This document shows, in pieces, positions 9,428-19,326 of a stretch of DNA of 64,000 bases (position 1 is its first letter; each line of letters starts with the position of its first letter). Source of the stretch: Candidatus Freyarchaeum deiterrae (GTDB taxonomy: Archaea; Asgardarchaeota; Jordiarchaeia; Jordiarchaeales; Jordiarchaeaceae); the NCBI GenBank assembly GCA_037305845.1, contig CP147778.1, positions 864,001 to 928,000 on the forward strand. Reading direction: 5' to 3'. The position numbers were made by a program, and so were the translations under genes. A model generated the notes under the pieces. That model saw nothing but the letters and a program-made list of their open reading frames with translations. It searched no databases and was not told the DNA's origin.

Positions 9428-11164
9428 GTGGCCACAACGCTAACGGGAAGTCCAAAGTCGATCTTGCCGAAGGGTTATATTAGACATAAAGAGGTAAGAA
9501 GAACAAACATTATGATTGCAAGGGCGATTTCCGATGTTGTAAAAACAATGTTGGGACCTAAGGGAATGGATAAAATGCTAGTGACCGAAACAGGAGATGT
9601 GGTTGTCACAAATGATGGTAAGACGCTATTGGATAATATACGTGTTACTCATCCTATTGCCAAGATTCTTATAGGTGTTGCAAAGACGCAGGATGCTATT
9701 GCAGGTGACGGCACGAAGACCGTTGTAATGCTCGCAGCGGAACTGCTGAAGGAAGCGGGGAAGTTGTTAGATCAAAAGATTCATCCCACAGTTATAGTTA
9801 GGGGGTACGATAAAGCTACCAAGAAGACCTTAGAGATTTTGGATAGTATCGCAATGCCTGTATCCATCGAGGAGGAGGAGACCTTGAAAAGAGTCGCACG
9901 AACCGTTATGGGAGGCAGAATCGGTGCAGGATTAAAAAATCATCTTGCGGGTCTTGTTGTTATCGCAGTTAAGCGTGTTGCCGAGGAGAGGAGGGGCAAA
10001 GTAATCGTAGATGTGGATCAGGTTGGTTTCGCAAAAAAGGCTGGGGGAAGTATAAACGATTCTGAATTAGTTGAAGGAGTGGTCATCTCCAAAGGGAAAC
10101 CTCATCCAAAGATGCCCGAGAGGATTGAAGACGCAAAAATTGCTTTATTGGAGTGCTCACTTGATCCTCTCACACGAAAGAACACGGATTGGAGAAAGGA
10201 GTATGTAATTAAGAAACCAGAGCAGCTGAAAGGTTTCATTGATAAGGAGAAAGAACTTAACATGGGAATTGCGGAGCACGTTAAACGTGCGGGTGCGAGA
10301 GTTTTGTTCTGCCGTAAGCGCGTTAGCGAATCGATTCTTAATTGCTTTGCTGAAGAAGGGGTGTTAGCGTTCGATTTGGTGAGAGAGAATGATATGACGA
10401 GACTGGGGAGAGCAACGGGAGGTAAAATTGTGTCCAGTGTGGATGATTTAACAGAGAACGACTTGGGCGAAGCGGGGTTAGTGGAGTTCCGTAAAATCGC
10501 GGGAGATGAGATGCTGTTTATAGATTGCTGCAAAGATTCAAAGGCAACTACGATGTTGATCAGAGGTGGAACTGAACAGGTTATAGAGGAAGTGGAGAGA
10601 GTTATTAAAGACAGCTTTAAAGCAGTGGCTGTTACAGTCGAGAGCGGTAAAGTCATCGCGGGCGGCGGAGCCATAGAAATGGAAGTTTCTGGAAAGTTAA
10701 GAGATTTTTCGAAAACATTTAAGGGCATAGAACAACTGGCAATAGAAGCTTTTGCAGTTGCTATGGAAGTTATTCCAAAGACTCTTGCAACTAACGCCGG
10801 ATTAGACCCTATAGATGTTTTGATAAAGTTGAGGACCGGACATGCTAATGGCTGTACGCACCTTGGAATTAATGCCGTAGAACATGAGGTTGAGAATGTA
10901 ATGGAGAGAGGCTTGGTTGACGCGTTCAAGGTCAAACAGCATGCAATTAAAGCTGCAAGCGAGACCGCAGCGATTATTTTGAGGGTTGACGATTTTATCG
11001 CCGCCACTAATCAAAAGGAAATAAAAGAAGAGGAGAAGAGAAAAGAAAGCGAACGAAAACGGATCATGGGTGAACAGGTTAGAAGGGTTCTAGAGAAAGA
11101 AGAAGAGTTGAAAGAGATCGACAGGCGTTTTATGGAAAAGATAAAGCATCCAGAAACCGTCTAA
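9428..11164 (+). CDS. Divergent group II chaperonin (thermosome-like subunit)
   Basis: LGPKGMDKML, TNDG, GDGTKT, GGGAIE, ILRVDD motifs. Confidence 0.92.
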   Translation: MATTLTGSPKSILPKGYIRHKEVRRTNIMIARAISDVVKTMLGPKGMDKMLVTETGDVVVTNDGKTLLDNIRVTHPIAKILIGVAKTQDAIAGDGTKTVVMLAAELLKEAGKLLDQKIHPTVIVRGYDKATKKTLEILDSIAMPVSIEEEETLKRVARTVMGGRIGAGLKNHLAGLVVIAVKRVAEERRGKVIVDVDQVGFAKKAGGSINDSELVEGVVISKGKPHPKMPERIEDAKIALLECSLDPLTRKNTDWRKEYVIKKPEQLKGFIDKEKELNMGIAEHVKRAGARVLFCRKRVSESILNCFAEEGVLAFDLVRENDMTRLGRATGGKIVSSVDDLTENDLGEAGLVEFRKIAGDEMLFIDCCKDSKATTMLIRGGTEQVIEEVERVIKDSFKAVAVTVESGKVIAGGGAIEMEVSGKLRDFSKTFKGIEQLAIEAFAVAMEVIPKTLATNAGLDPIDVLIKLRTGHANGCTHLGINAVEHEVENVMERGLVDAFKVKQHAIKAASETAAIILRVDDFIAATNQKEIKEEEKRKESERKRIMGEQVRRVLEKEEELKEIDRRFMEKIKHPETV

Positions 11165-11278
11165 AAAAGAGTATCCTAGTCTGCAAACCCTTATTTTTAT
11201 AATGAAGACTTTTTCGTGTGCAAGTAGGAGGATTAATAAAAAAATGAGGGAGTTTGTTATTCTCTCTTATATTTATTC

Positions 11279-11935
11279 CTATTTAATTTCGAGGATTTCT
11301 TTGACTTTTTCCAAGGCTATGGTTACGTCAGTGGCATAGCCGTCAGCCCCCACCTCGTTGCACCATTCCTCTCCCGGAAATGCTCCGCCGCCGACCAGGT
11401 ATATGTACTTGTCTCTCAGCCCCCTCTTCTTGAGAGCGTCGCCGAGGAGCCTCTGCTGCTGAAGCGTGTTGCTCATCAGAGCGGATGCACCTATTATGTC
11501 GGCATTGACCTCTTCAGCCTTCTTTATGAAGTTTTCCACCGGCTGGTCGGAACCTAGGTTGTACACCTTAAATCCTGCCGCAGAGAAAACTGCTGCTACT
11601 ATGCTCACGCCCAAGTCATGTATGTCGCCTTGAACAGTTCCAATAACTATCGTGGCTAAGGGTTTAGGCAATTTATCCTTCGGGATGTGTTCCTGAAGCT
11701 TTTCAGATGCCTTGCTCATAACCTGAGCAGCCAACATCAGCTCGGGGATGTAGGCCTCGCCCTTCGCAAACTTATCACCAATTTCCTTGATACCTGTACT
11801 GAGACCTTTCGTGATGGCATCTATAGGATTAATCCCAGATTTAATTGCTTCATCCACAGTAGCCATAGCAGCATCCTCATCATAACTTGCGACAGCCTTC
11901 GCCAATTTTTCCAAGATTTTTTCCTTATCCGCCAT
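11279..11935 (-). CDS. Methyltransferase-associated corrinoid protein (MttC/MtbC-like)
   Basis: B12 cap domain plus GTVQGDIHDLG (DxHxxG), SALM and VGGG. Confidence 0.92.
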   Translation of the reverse strand: MADKEKILEKLAKAVASYDEDAAMATVDEAIKSGINPIDAITKGLSTGIKEIGDKFAKGEAYIPELMLAAQVMSKASEKLQEHIPKDKLPKPLATIVIGTVQGDIHDLGVSIVAAVFSAAGFKVYNLGSDQPVENFIKKAEEVNADIIGASALMSNTLQQQRLLGDALKKRGLRDKYIYLVGGGAFPGEEWCNEVGADGYATDVTIALEKVKEILEIK

Positions 11936-11938
11936 TCC

Positions 11939-13438
11939 TTATCCCACCTTGAGCTCCTCATTTCCTTCTTTCACGATAGCGTCCATCCGTTCAACTACAT
12001 CATCCGGCAATGGTTTCGGTTCGTGTTTCTCCAGTTCCTTCAGCTTCTCTCTGCAACGAATGTAGACCCACGAAGGTGCTCCAGCTTTGAGCCAATCATC
12101 AAAAGCGTTGTTTTCAAGGCAGAAAGCCTGGGGGAATATGTGTAGACGCTTGAGGTTATACTTGTGTGTCATCCATTTCTCTCCCTTGGGCCCAATCTCT
12201 TTAATCACGTCAAGGGCAAGGTTTTCAGGTGTAGGGCTAATCTGGTCGAAAGTGGACATCAGATTTTTACTCTCCCTTGCTATCTCAGCAGCGATAGGTA
12301 TCAATACAGGATCAAAAGCTTCTGTTCCACATTGAATAAATATCATATCTGTTCCCAACGCCATCTCCAAAGCCATCCAATTCGAAAGATTAAACGCTTG
12401 CTGGTCAAGACTTGAAGCGAAAACGCCGCCATACTGTGCTGTAGGTAGTCCATAAAGTTCATGCCATAGTTGATTCATAGCGCCTGAACCTAACAGAAAA
12501 TGTGGAGATAACGGGCTTCCTCTTCCTGTCTTTGGATCCAAGTTGAAAACGGCGTTATTTGCTACCGCTGCTGTGCTTGGATCGTAGAACTGTTGGAGCG
12601 CTATCATGAAGAGTACTCCTGCGTGGCTAATCGCGGTGTTTCCGGCAGCCATCGCGGGACCTAGTAATGGTGCTGCGTCGGTCACAGCAGGCATTATTGG
12701 GAAGTGATGCTTGATTGCTGCCCGGAGCAGCCAGCTATTGAACCTGTTTAACTGCAGTGTTCCAGCGTAGTTATAAACGGTCCAGAAGAGGGGTCTCTTC
12801 CTTAACTCCTCTTCGCCTCCGGCTACTTCTGCACCTAATCTTTCTACGTAATCGTATTCTTCAATGTGTGAAACGGTTGTGCAGAGGTGTCCAGCCCACT
12901 TCGTAGTACCCTGAAGCATGGCGTTCATCTTGTTGAGTTCTGAGGGTAGTCCTCGCTGCCCCTCTTCTGCAGCATCGTAGAGGTAGATATTAAGATCGAA
13001 GTCATCTATGCCGTCTACGATTTTGGCTCCATACAATGTGTCTTTCGAACTTGCTCTCCTTCTAAAATAAGTCTTCTTCCCTTCATCCCACTCAATGCGA
13101 TCTGTCGCTCCGCTTTCCGGTGCCCAGAACTGTTTTCTTCCGGGTCCCTCAATAACAACATCCCACTCGGGATCTCTGCCAGCTAATATGAAGCTTCTAG
13201 GCGCCTTGTGCACATTCTCTTTAATTACATATTCAGGAATCTCTTTGATTATCTTCTTCTCATAGTCAACACTGCCTCCCATTTTCTCCGCCATCTTTAG
13301 CAGCTCCTCGTCATCTATGAAAACACCAGCATCGTTCAGAATCTTGTAAGCAGCAGCATCAATGATATCCAACTCTTCCTTATTCAACAACTTCCATAAT
13401 CTACGTGATGATGGTAAAGTAACGCCAGGTTTAGGCAT
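11939..13438 (-). CDS. MttB-superfamily corrinoid methyltransferase, non-pyrrolysine type
   Basis: IDAAAYKILNDAGV, APRSFILAGRDP, LALDVIKEIGP, W...G..HEPKPLPDDV. No in-frame TAG. Next to the corrinoid protein. Confidence 0.85.
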   Translation of the reverse strand: MPKPGVTLPSSRRLWKLLNKEELDIIDAAAYKILNDAGVFIDDEELLKMAEKMGGSVDYEKKIIKEIPEYVIKENVHKAPRSFILAGRDPEWDVVIEGPGRKQFWAPESGATDRIEWDEGKKTYFRRRASSKDTLYGAKIVDGIDDFDLNIYLYDAAEEGQRGLPSELNKMNAMLQGTTKWAGHLCTTVSHIEEYDYVERLGAEVAGGEEELRKRPLFWTVYNYAGTLQLNRFNSWLLRAAIKHHFPIMPAVTDAAPLLGPAMAAGNTAISHAGVLFMIALQQFYDPSTAAVANNAVFNLDPKTGRGSPLSPHFLLGSGAMNQLWHELYGLPTAQYGGVFASSLDQQAFNLSNWMALEMALGTDMIFIQCGTEAFDPVLIPIAAEIARESKNLMSTFDQISPTPENLALDVIKEIGPKGEKWMTHKYNLKRLHIFPQAFCLENNAFDDWLKAGAPSWVYIRCREKLKELEKHEPKPLPDDVVERMDAIVKEGNEELKVG

Positions 13439-13817
13439 TTTCCATTTTCCTCCATATATTTAAACAAGTGTACGTTATAGCGTTCTTATATAAGCGACTT
13501 TTAATCTTTTTAATAAATAAATTTTATGCTAATTGGTTGTAGATTTACGCTTGGATAGTATCTGAAGGAGTAATCGAATGTAAATTCAGAAATCATTGAT
13601 GAGTGGTTTGTGGATAAAGCTGGCGTAATCCTTGCTCATTAAAAGATATTTTCTTAAATCTGGATTTTTAACCCGAATTGAGTGAGTACATGACACAATA
13701 ATCGCATGAAAAGAAAAACAAAATTTAATAGCTAAATACATTAATGGGAATTAATAAATAAAAAAAGTTTTTTAAAAACAGTTAATGAATATGAAAGCTT
13801 TAAGATGAGTGGTTTAG

Positions 13818-15746
13818 ATGGCTGCAGAAGTGGAAGTTATTTTTCAGCCGGAAGGAAAACGTGCGAAGATTAAATCTGGAGCTACCATATTAGAAGGAGC
13901 AAAACTGGTAGGTGCCGATCTAACCTCTATTTGTGGTGGAAGTGGTAAGTGTGGAAAATGTAAGGTCATAGTTGAAAAAGAATTGGGAAACGTGGGTTCT
14001 GTAACCGAATTGGAGGAGGAGCTCCTATCGCCGATGGAGATGTCTGCGGGCTATAGGCTGGCTTGCTGTGTATCAGTTAAGGATCGTCTTACCGTTAGGA
14101 TTCCAGAGGAAAGCAGAACTGGTCGGCAGAGACTTCAGGTTGAAGGAATAGAAACACCTGTGAAACTTGAACCTCTAATCAACAAATATTTTGTCAAATT
14201 GTTAGCTCCAACTCTCCAGGACCCCAAGTCCGATGTCGACAGACTGTTAGACGAGTTACGAGTTCGACATGGCTTTGAGAACCTCGAAGTAAGCTATAAT
14301 CTTCTTCAACGTCTACCGCTCATCTTAAGAGATAGTGAATGGGAGATAACGGTTGTTGTGTGGAACAATGACACAATCATTGGTGTGGAGTCTGGAGACA
14401 CAACTCACAGAATTTTTGGATACGCCGTTGACATAGGTACGACTAAACTCGCCGGGTACCTCCTAGACTTAAACACAGGAGGGGTAATGGCAGTAGAATC
14501 TTTGATGAACCCACAGATACCCTACGGTGAGGATATAATAACAAGAATCACTTATGCAAACAGGGGGCTTGAGGAGCAGAAAGAACTTCAACAAGCCGTT
14601 GTAAATGGTATAAACCAAATCCTTGAGCGACTCTTAGACAAGACGGATGCGAATCCGGATGAAGTGTATGAAATGACCGCCGTTGGTAACACCGCCATGC
14701 ATCACCTCTTCCTAAATATCTGTCCAAAGTATGTGGCTCTATCGCCATACCCTCCGGTCATAAGACGGAGGATGAACGTTAACGCAGAAAGTATCGGGAT
14801 GAAAATCAATCCAAATGGTAAAGTCCATGTCCTTCCCGTAATTGCGGGATTTGTTGGAGCTGATACGGTTGCGGTAATATTGGCAACCGAAGTCTACAAG
14901 AGAGATGAACTTTGCATGGCGTTAGATATTGGGACGAATACTGAAGTTTTTTTGGGGAATAAAGACGAGATACTAGCATGCTCCTGTGCGTCTGGCCCAG
15001 CACTTGAAGGCGCTCATATAAAACATGGAATGAGAGCCGCTACAGGCGCGATTGAAAAAGTGAGAATAGAGCCGGATACATTTGAGGTTAGGTATAGGAC
15101 TATAGATGATGCTAAACCTTGTGGAATTTGTGGTTCAGCTATGGTGGACATACTTGCTGAGATGTTAAAGGCTGGAATAATTGAAGTTACAGGAACGATG
15201 AACAAAAATGTTGCCTCACCCAGATTGCGCGCCGGGGAAGATGGACTTGGGTTTGTGCTAGCGTGGGGAAAGGAAACCTCGACCGGAGAAGACATTGTTT
15301 TCACCCAAAAAGACATCAGGGAAATTCAGCTAGCGAAGGCAGCTATGCATACAGGGACCATGGCGCTGATGAGAAAGAAGGGCGTAGTTGAGAAAGACAT
15401 AGATATACTCTTCATAGCGGGAGCCTTCGGCTCTTACATAGATCCGGAAAACGCAAGGATAATCGGCATGTACCCTGAGATAACATTAGAGAAGGTAAGA
15501 GTTGTGGGAAACGCAGCAGGAACAGGAGCAAGAATGGCTCTAGCTTCCAAAACGGCTAGGAAAACCGCTGAAGAAGTATCAGGTAAGGTCACATATGTGG
15601 AGCTTGCAGCAGAACCTAATTTTCAATCGGAATTCTTTAACTCAAATGTTTTACCCTACGCGGATCTAGCAAGATACCCACAGACAAGCGAACTGCTCAA
15701 GAAGTTGGGTAAGTATCCGAAAAAACCTCCAACAATCTTTCATTGA
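13818..15746 (+). CDS. ATP-dependent reductive activator of corrinoid proteins (RACo/DUF4445, ASKHA fold) with N-terminal [2Fe-2S] domain
   Basis: CGGSGKCGKC...RLAC, DIGTT, GFVGAD, DIGTNTE, GPALEG, GICGS, AGAFG. Confidence 0.92.
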   Translation: MAAEVEVIFQPEGKRAKIKSGATILEGAKLVGADLTSICGGSGKCGKCKVIVEKELGNVGSVTELEEELLSPMEMSAGYRLACCVSVKDRLTVRIPEESRTGRQRLQVEGIETPVKLEPLINKYFVKLLAPTLQDPKSDVDRLLDELRVRHGFENLEVSYNLLQRLPLILRDSEWEITVVVWNNDTIIGVESGDTTHRIFGYAVDIGTTKLAGYLLDLNTGGVMAVESLMNPQIPYGEDIITRITYANRGLEEQKELQQAVVNGINQILERLLDKTDANPDEVYEMTAVGNTAMHHLFLNICPKYVALSPYPPVIRRRMNVNAESIGMKINPNGKVHVLPVIAGFVGADTVAVILATEVYKRDELCMALDIGTNTEVFLGNKDEILACSCASGPALEGAHIKHGMRAATGAIEKVRIEPDTFEVRYRTIDDAKPCGICGSAMVDILAEMLKAGIIEVTGTMNKNVASPRLRAGEDGLGFVLAWGKETSTGEDIVFTQKDIREIQLAKAAMHTGTMALMRKKGVVEKDIDILFIAGAFGSYIDPENARIIGMYPEITLEKVRVVGNAAGTGARMALASKTARKTAEEVSGKVTYVELAAEPNFQSEFFNSNVLPYADLARYPQTSELLKKLGKYPKKPPTIFH

Positions 15747-15932
15747 TACTATTAAAAAATGATGATACTGTTCCTGTTGATTTTGCAACGATGATTGAAC
15801 GCGACACTTTAATATATAGGTACTTATTTAACATTACTAGAGTTTCTTAATTGGACATCAGAATTCGCTTACGCAAATAATTCGCGATGTTGGGATTGAA
15901 GATAGTAGTCATTCGAGGAGGTGTAAACTATC

Positions 15933-17171
15933 ATGGATAAGGAATTTTATACCATGTCCGATTTTGATTTTAGTGGAAAGACTGTTTTGTTGCGTGTAGA
16001 TTTTAATAGCGCCGTGGATCCGAATACAAAAGCGATTTTGGACGATTCACGCATCAGGGACCATGTTCCCACTCTTAAGGAATTAGTTAAGAAAGGGGCG
16101 AAGGTTGTGGTTCTTGCTCATCAGGGTCGTAAAGGAGATTATGATTTTATTTCCTTGGAGCCACACGCTAAAATATTGGGCAAGTTATTGGGTAAGCCTG
16201 TAGGATTTGTAGATGATGTTTATGGAGATAAGGCGAAAAATGCGATAAAAAATTTGAAGAAAGGGGATATTCTGGTTTTACAGAATGTTAGATTTACTCC
16301 CGATGAGAAGGCGGATTTGCCTCCGGAGAAACTTGCGGACACGGATATGGTTCGTACCCTTTCTAAGCTTGCGGACTATTATGTAAACGATGCTTTTAGT
16401 GCAGCTCACCGAGCGGATGCCTCTCTGGTGGCCTTTGACCAGGTTTTGCCTGCTATGGCTGGTCGACTTATGGAGCGCGAGCTGGAAAATTTGGAAAAAG
16501 TTTCCAAGGATCCAGAGAAACCATCTGTCTATGTTCTCGGTGGCACAAAGGTAGAGGATACTTTTACAATAGTTAAATACGTGCTGGAGGAGAACATAGC
16601 GACCAACGTTCTAACGACCGGGCTAGTCGCCAACACCTATCTTCTAGCAGAGGGACATGATCTAGGTGAAGTGAATAATTCGTTGATAGAAAAGAAGGGC
16701 CATCTCACGTACCTTTCTCCTATTAAAGAGGTGCTGGATAAGTTCAGAGACAAAATAGAACTGCCTGAGGATTTAGCATACGATGATGGTGGAAAGAGGG
16801 TCGAGATTGACGTGGAGAAGCTGCCCGTGGAGAAGCCAATAAAGGACATCGGGTCCAAATCCATTGAGAAGTACTCCAAAATAATTCAAAACGCAAAGAC
16901 TATAGTATGTAACGGTCCTCCGGGAATGTTTGAAGAACAAAATTTTGAAATGGGAACAAAAAAGATTTTCCAAGCGATAACCCAATCAAAGGCATTTTCG
17001 CTGGTTGGAGGAGGGCATACCACAGCAGCACTCCGCAAGTACGGACTAGAGAAAAAGGTTTCTTACTCCACCACTGCGGGAGGAGCGTTCATATCTTACT
17101 TGTCTGGCGAAAAGCTGCCCGCCGTTGAGGCTCTCAAAGAAGCCTACGAGAAAAAGAAAACCTCTAAATAA
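15933..17171 (+). CDS. pgk: Phosphoglycerate kinase
   Basis: LLRVDFN, AHQGR, LQNVRF, NDAFSAAHR, LGGTK, NGPPG, GGGHT. Confidence 0.96.
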   Translation: MDKEFYTMSDFDFSGKTVLLRVDFNSAVDPNTKAILDDSRIRDHVPTLKELVKKGAKVVVLAHQGRKGDYDFISLEPHAKILGKLLGKPVGFVDDVYGDKAKNAIKNLKKGDILVLQNVRFTPDEKADLPPEKLADTDMVRTLSKLADYYVNDAFSAAHRADASLVAFDQVLPAMAGRLMERELENLEKVSKDPEKPSVYVLGGTKVEDTFTIVKYVLEENIATNVLTTGLVANTYLLAEGHDLGEVNNSLIEKKGHLTYLSPIKEVLDKFRDKIELPEDLAYDDGGKRVEIDVEKLPVEKPIKDIGSKSIEKYSKIIQNAKTIVCNGPPGMFEEQNFEMGTKKIFQAITQSKAFSLVGGGHTTAALRKYGLEKKVSYSTTAGGAFISYLSGEKLPAVEALKEAYEKKKTSK

Positions 17172-17274
17172 TCATTGAAATTCTCCCTTAATACTGAGGA
17201 GTGTCTATGTTTAAAGTCCTAAACTCAAACCCCAAACAATTTTCTACGGCGCATCACGTGTATATATCACAACA

Positions 17275-17739
17275 CTAGGTTTTGGCGGTTCTTTTCCTGT
17301 AAGTAATCAATCGGTTGTGGAGATATTCAAAATGTGAAAAGAAAAACGGTTCCTTGAGGCTTTCTCTCATGCCATAAATCAAGTGGCTGATTGAGTCCCA
17401 CAATAAATTCAAGGAAGAACCGAAAAGGCTGTCAACTAATTTAATGTCTATTAAATTTTGCTCCAGAAGAGCCCCAAGTCCTTCAAAAAGTACGGCGATC
17501 TGCGTGACTTCTGTCAATCCATATTTCTTCGTGTAATCCTGAAAGGTCTCAGTTTTAGCTGGGCCAACTTTGTACATGGCCTCTACCATTTCTCTGCTAC
17601 AGAATCTATCATAAATTTTCAGGATGACATCTGTTCTTCTGGTTCTAGCCAGGTGACGAATTTCCATTACGGTGAAGACAACGCCGATGATGACGCTCAC
17701 TGCTGCAACTATCGTCGAGACTTCAGTTATGTCAACCAT
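17275..17739 (-). CDS. Membrane-anchored helical protein (DUF4760-like)
   Basis: N-terminal TM helix, FEGLG..L..NLID and FFSHFEYL motifs. Confidence 0.6.
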   Translation of the reverse strand: MVDITEVSTIVAAVSVIIGVVFTVMEIRHLARTRRTDVILKIYDRFCSREMVEAMYKVGPAKTETFQDYTKKYGLTEVTQIAVLFEGLGALLEQNLIDIKLVDSLFGSSLNLLWDSISHLIYGMRESLKEPFFFSHFEYLHNRLITYRKRTAKT

Positions 17740-17890
17740 ACGATTCGCCTAACTATATGAACTATTTTGCCTTAAAGAACTTTCCGAACTCAATAATTCT
17801 GCTAATACTCACCTTATGAAACAGCTTTAGGGATAGAAATATAATTAAAATCAATCTTTGTAAAAACATGGAGTTTTTTGGTGAATAGTT

Positions 17891-19321
17891 ATGGATCAAA
17901 AGGAAATTTATGAAACCCTAGCGTCTATAGTTGGAGAAGACGATGTAACCATAGACCCAGTGGAACTCCTAGCATACGCTTCGGACGCCTCATTCCTAAG
18001 AGTCATACCGGGAGCTGTCGTAAGACCCGAAAACAAGGAAGAAGTGGCTGAAATCCTCAAATTCGCTGACAAAAACAGAATACCAGTAACTCCTAGAGGA
18101 GCTGGAACCAGTTACGCCGGGCAATCCCTAGGATACAATAACGCGATCCTAATAGATTTTGTGAAAATGGACAAAATTTTGGAAATCAACCTAAAGGACA
18201 GAGTCGCAGTAGTCCAACCCGGTGTAATTTATGGAGAATTAAACAAGGAGCTTAAAAAGCATGGTTACTGCTTCCCCCCAGACCCCGGCTCCGCAATCGC
18301 CTGCACAGTAGGAGGAATGGTGGGAAACAACGCCAGCGGAGTCAGAGCGTTAAAATACGGGGCGACAGTAGACCATGTACTCGGTTTAGAGGTTGTGCTA
18401 CCCGGAGGCAAAATTATAAGAACAGGTGGGAGAGTTTGGAAGAGTTCCTCGGGTTACAATTTGACCAAGCTACTTGTCGGCTCAGAGGGAACACTAGGGG
18501 TATTCACGGAGATTATTTTGAAGATTACTCCAGCACCAAAATATACAGCTATGATAGTACCGGTTTTTGAAAAGTATGATCAGGGATTAGAATCATCCAC
18601 TGAAATCATAAAAACTGGAATCTTACCCTCAGCTATGGAGATTCTGGACGACATATGTATTATGGTTCTGAACTCGTCTCTCAAAGAGAAACTTCCACAA
18701 GCGGGAGCGGTACTATTCATTGAAGTCGATGGAAGCAACGAAGAAGTGGTAAAGGAACAGACTGAAATAGTTAGGAGTGTTTGTGAAAAAATAGGAGTGA
18801 AACAGATAATATACTCCACGGATCCCGAAAGAACAGAGGAGCTTTGGAGACTCAGACACTCACTAGCAAACCTGTTGGCGAAAGTAAGGGGAGAGAACAT
18901 TGCTATAAACAGTATCATGGACTTTGCGATACCCATTTCTCAAGTGCCGGAAGCCGTGAAAGAAATTAAAGCATTAGCAACAAAGTACGGGAGACTCATG
19001 GCTACCTTCGGACACATAGGGGATGGTAACATCCATAACGGGAGTGCTATCAACGTGGAGGATCCTGCGCAGAGGGAGATGGCTGTGAAATTTTCAAAGG
19101 AAGCGGCAGAGATTATCATAAAGAAGTATGGCGGTACCCTTTCCGCGGAGCATGGTGTTGGTATGGCGAAATCGGCGTTTATCAATATGGAGCACGAGGA
19201 CACGCTTCCCCTGATGCGGGGAATCAAGAAGGTGTTTGACCCTCACAACATCATGAACCCTATGGTAATGGGTCTCACCGAGATTCCCGAATCAGAATAC
19301 GTGTACATGCCTACGAGGTGA
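17891..19321 (+). CDS. FAD-linked 2-hydroxyacid dehydrogenase (GlcD/D-lactate dehydrogenase-like)
   Basis: PRGAGTS, PPDPGS, GSEGTLG, GHIGDGNIH, AEHGVG, FDPHNIMNP. Confidence 0.92.
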   Translation: MDQKEIYETLASIVGEDDVTIDPVELLAYASDASFLRVIPGAVVRPENKEEVAEILKFADKNRIPVTPRGAGTSYAGQSLGYNNAILIDFVKMDKILEINLKDRVAVVQPGVIYGELNKELKKHGYCFPPDPGSAIACTVGGMVGNNASGVRALKYGATVDHVLGLEVVLPGGKIIRTGGRVWKSSSGYNLTKLLVGSEGTLGVFTEIILKITPAPKYTAMIVPVFEKYDQGLESSTEIIKTGILPSAMEILDDICIMVLNSSLKEKLPQAGAVLFIEVDGSNEEVVKEQTEIVRSVCEKIGVKQIIYSTDPERTEELWRLRHSLANLLAKVRGENIAINSIMDFAIPISQVPEAVKEIKALATKYGRLMATFGHIGDGNIHNGSAINVEDPAQREMAVKFSKEAAEIIIKKYGGTLSAEHGVGMAKSAFINMEHEDTLPLMRGIKKVFDPHNIMNPMVMGLTEIPESEYVYMPTR

Positions 19322-19326
19322 AATAA

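Noticed and set aside
10102-11007. 301-aa antisense ORF, and similar ones at 19243..19932 and 27266..27925
   Set aside because: Shadow frames of well-supported genes on the opposite strand.
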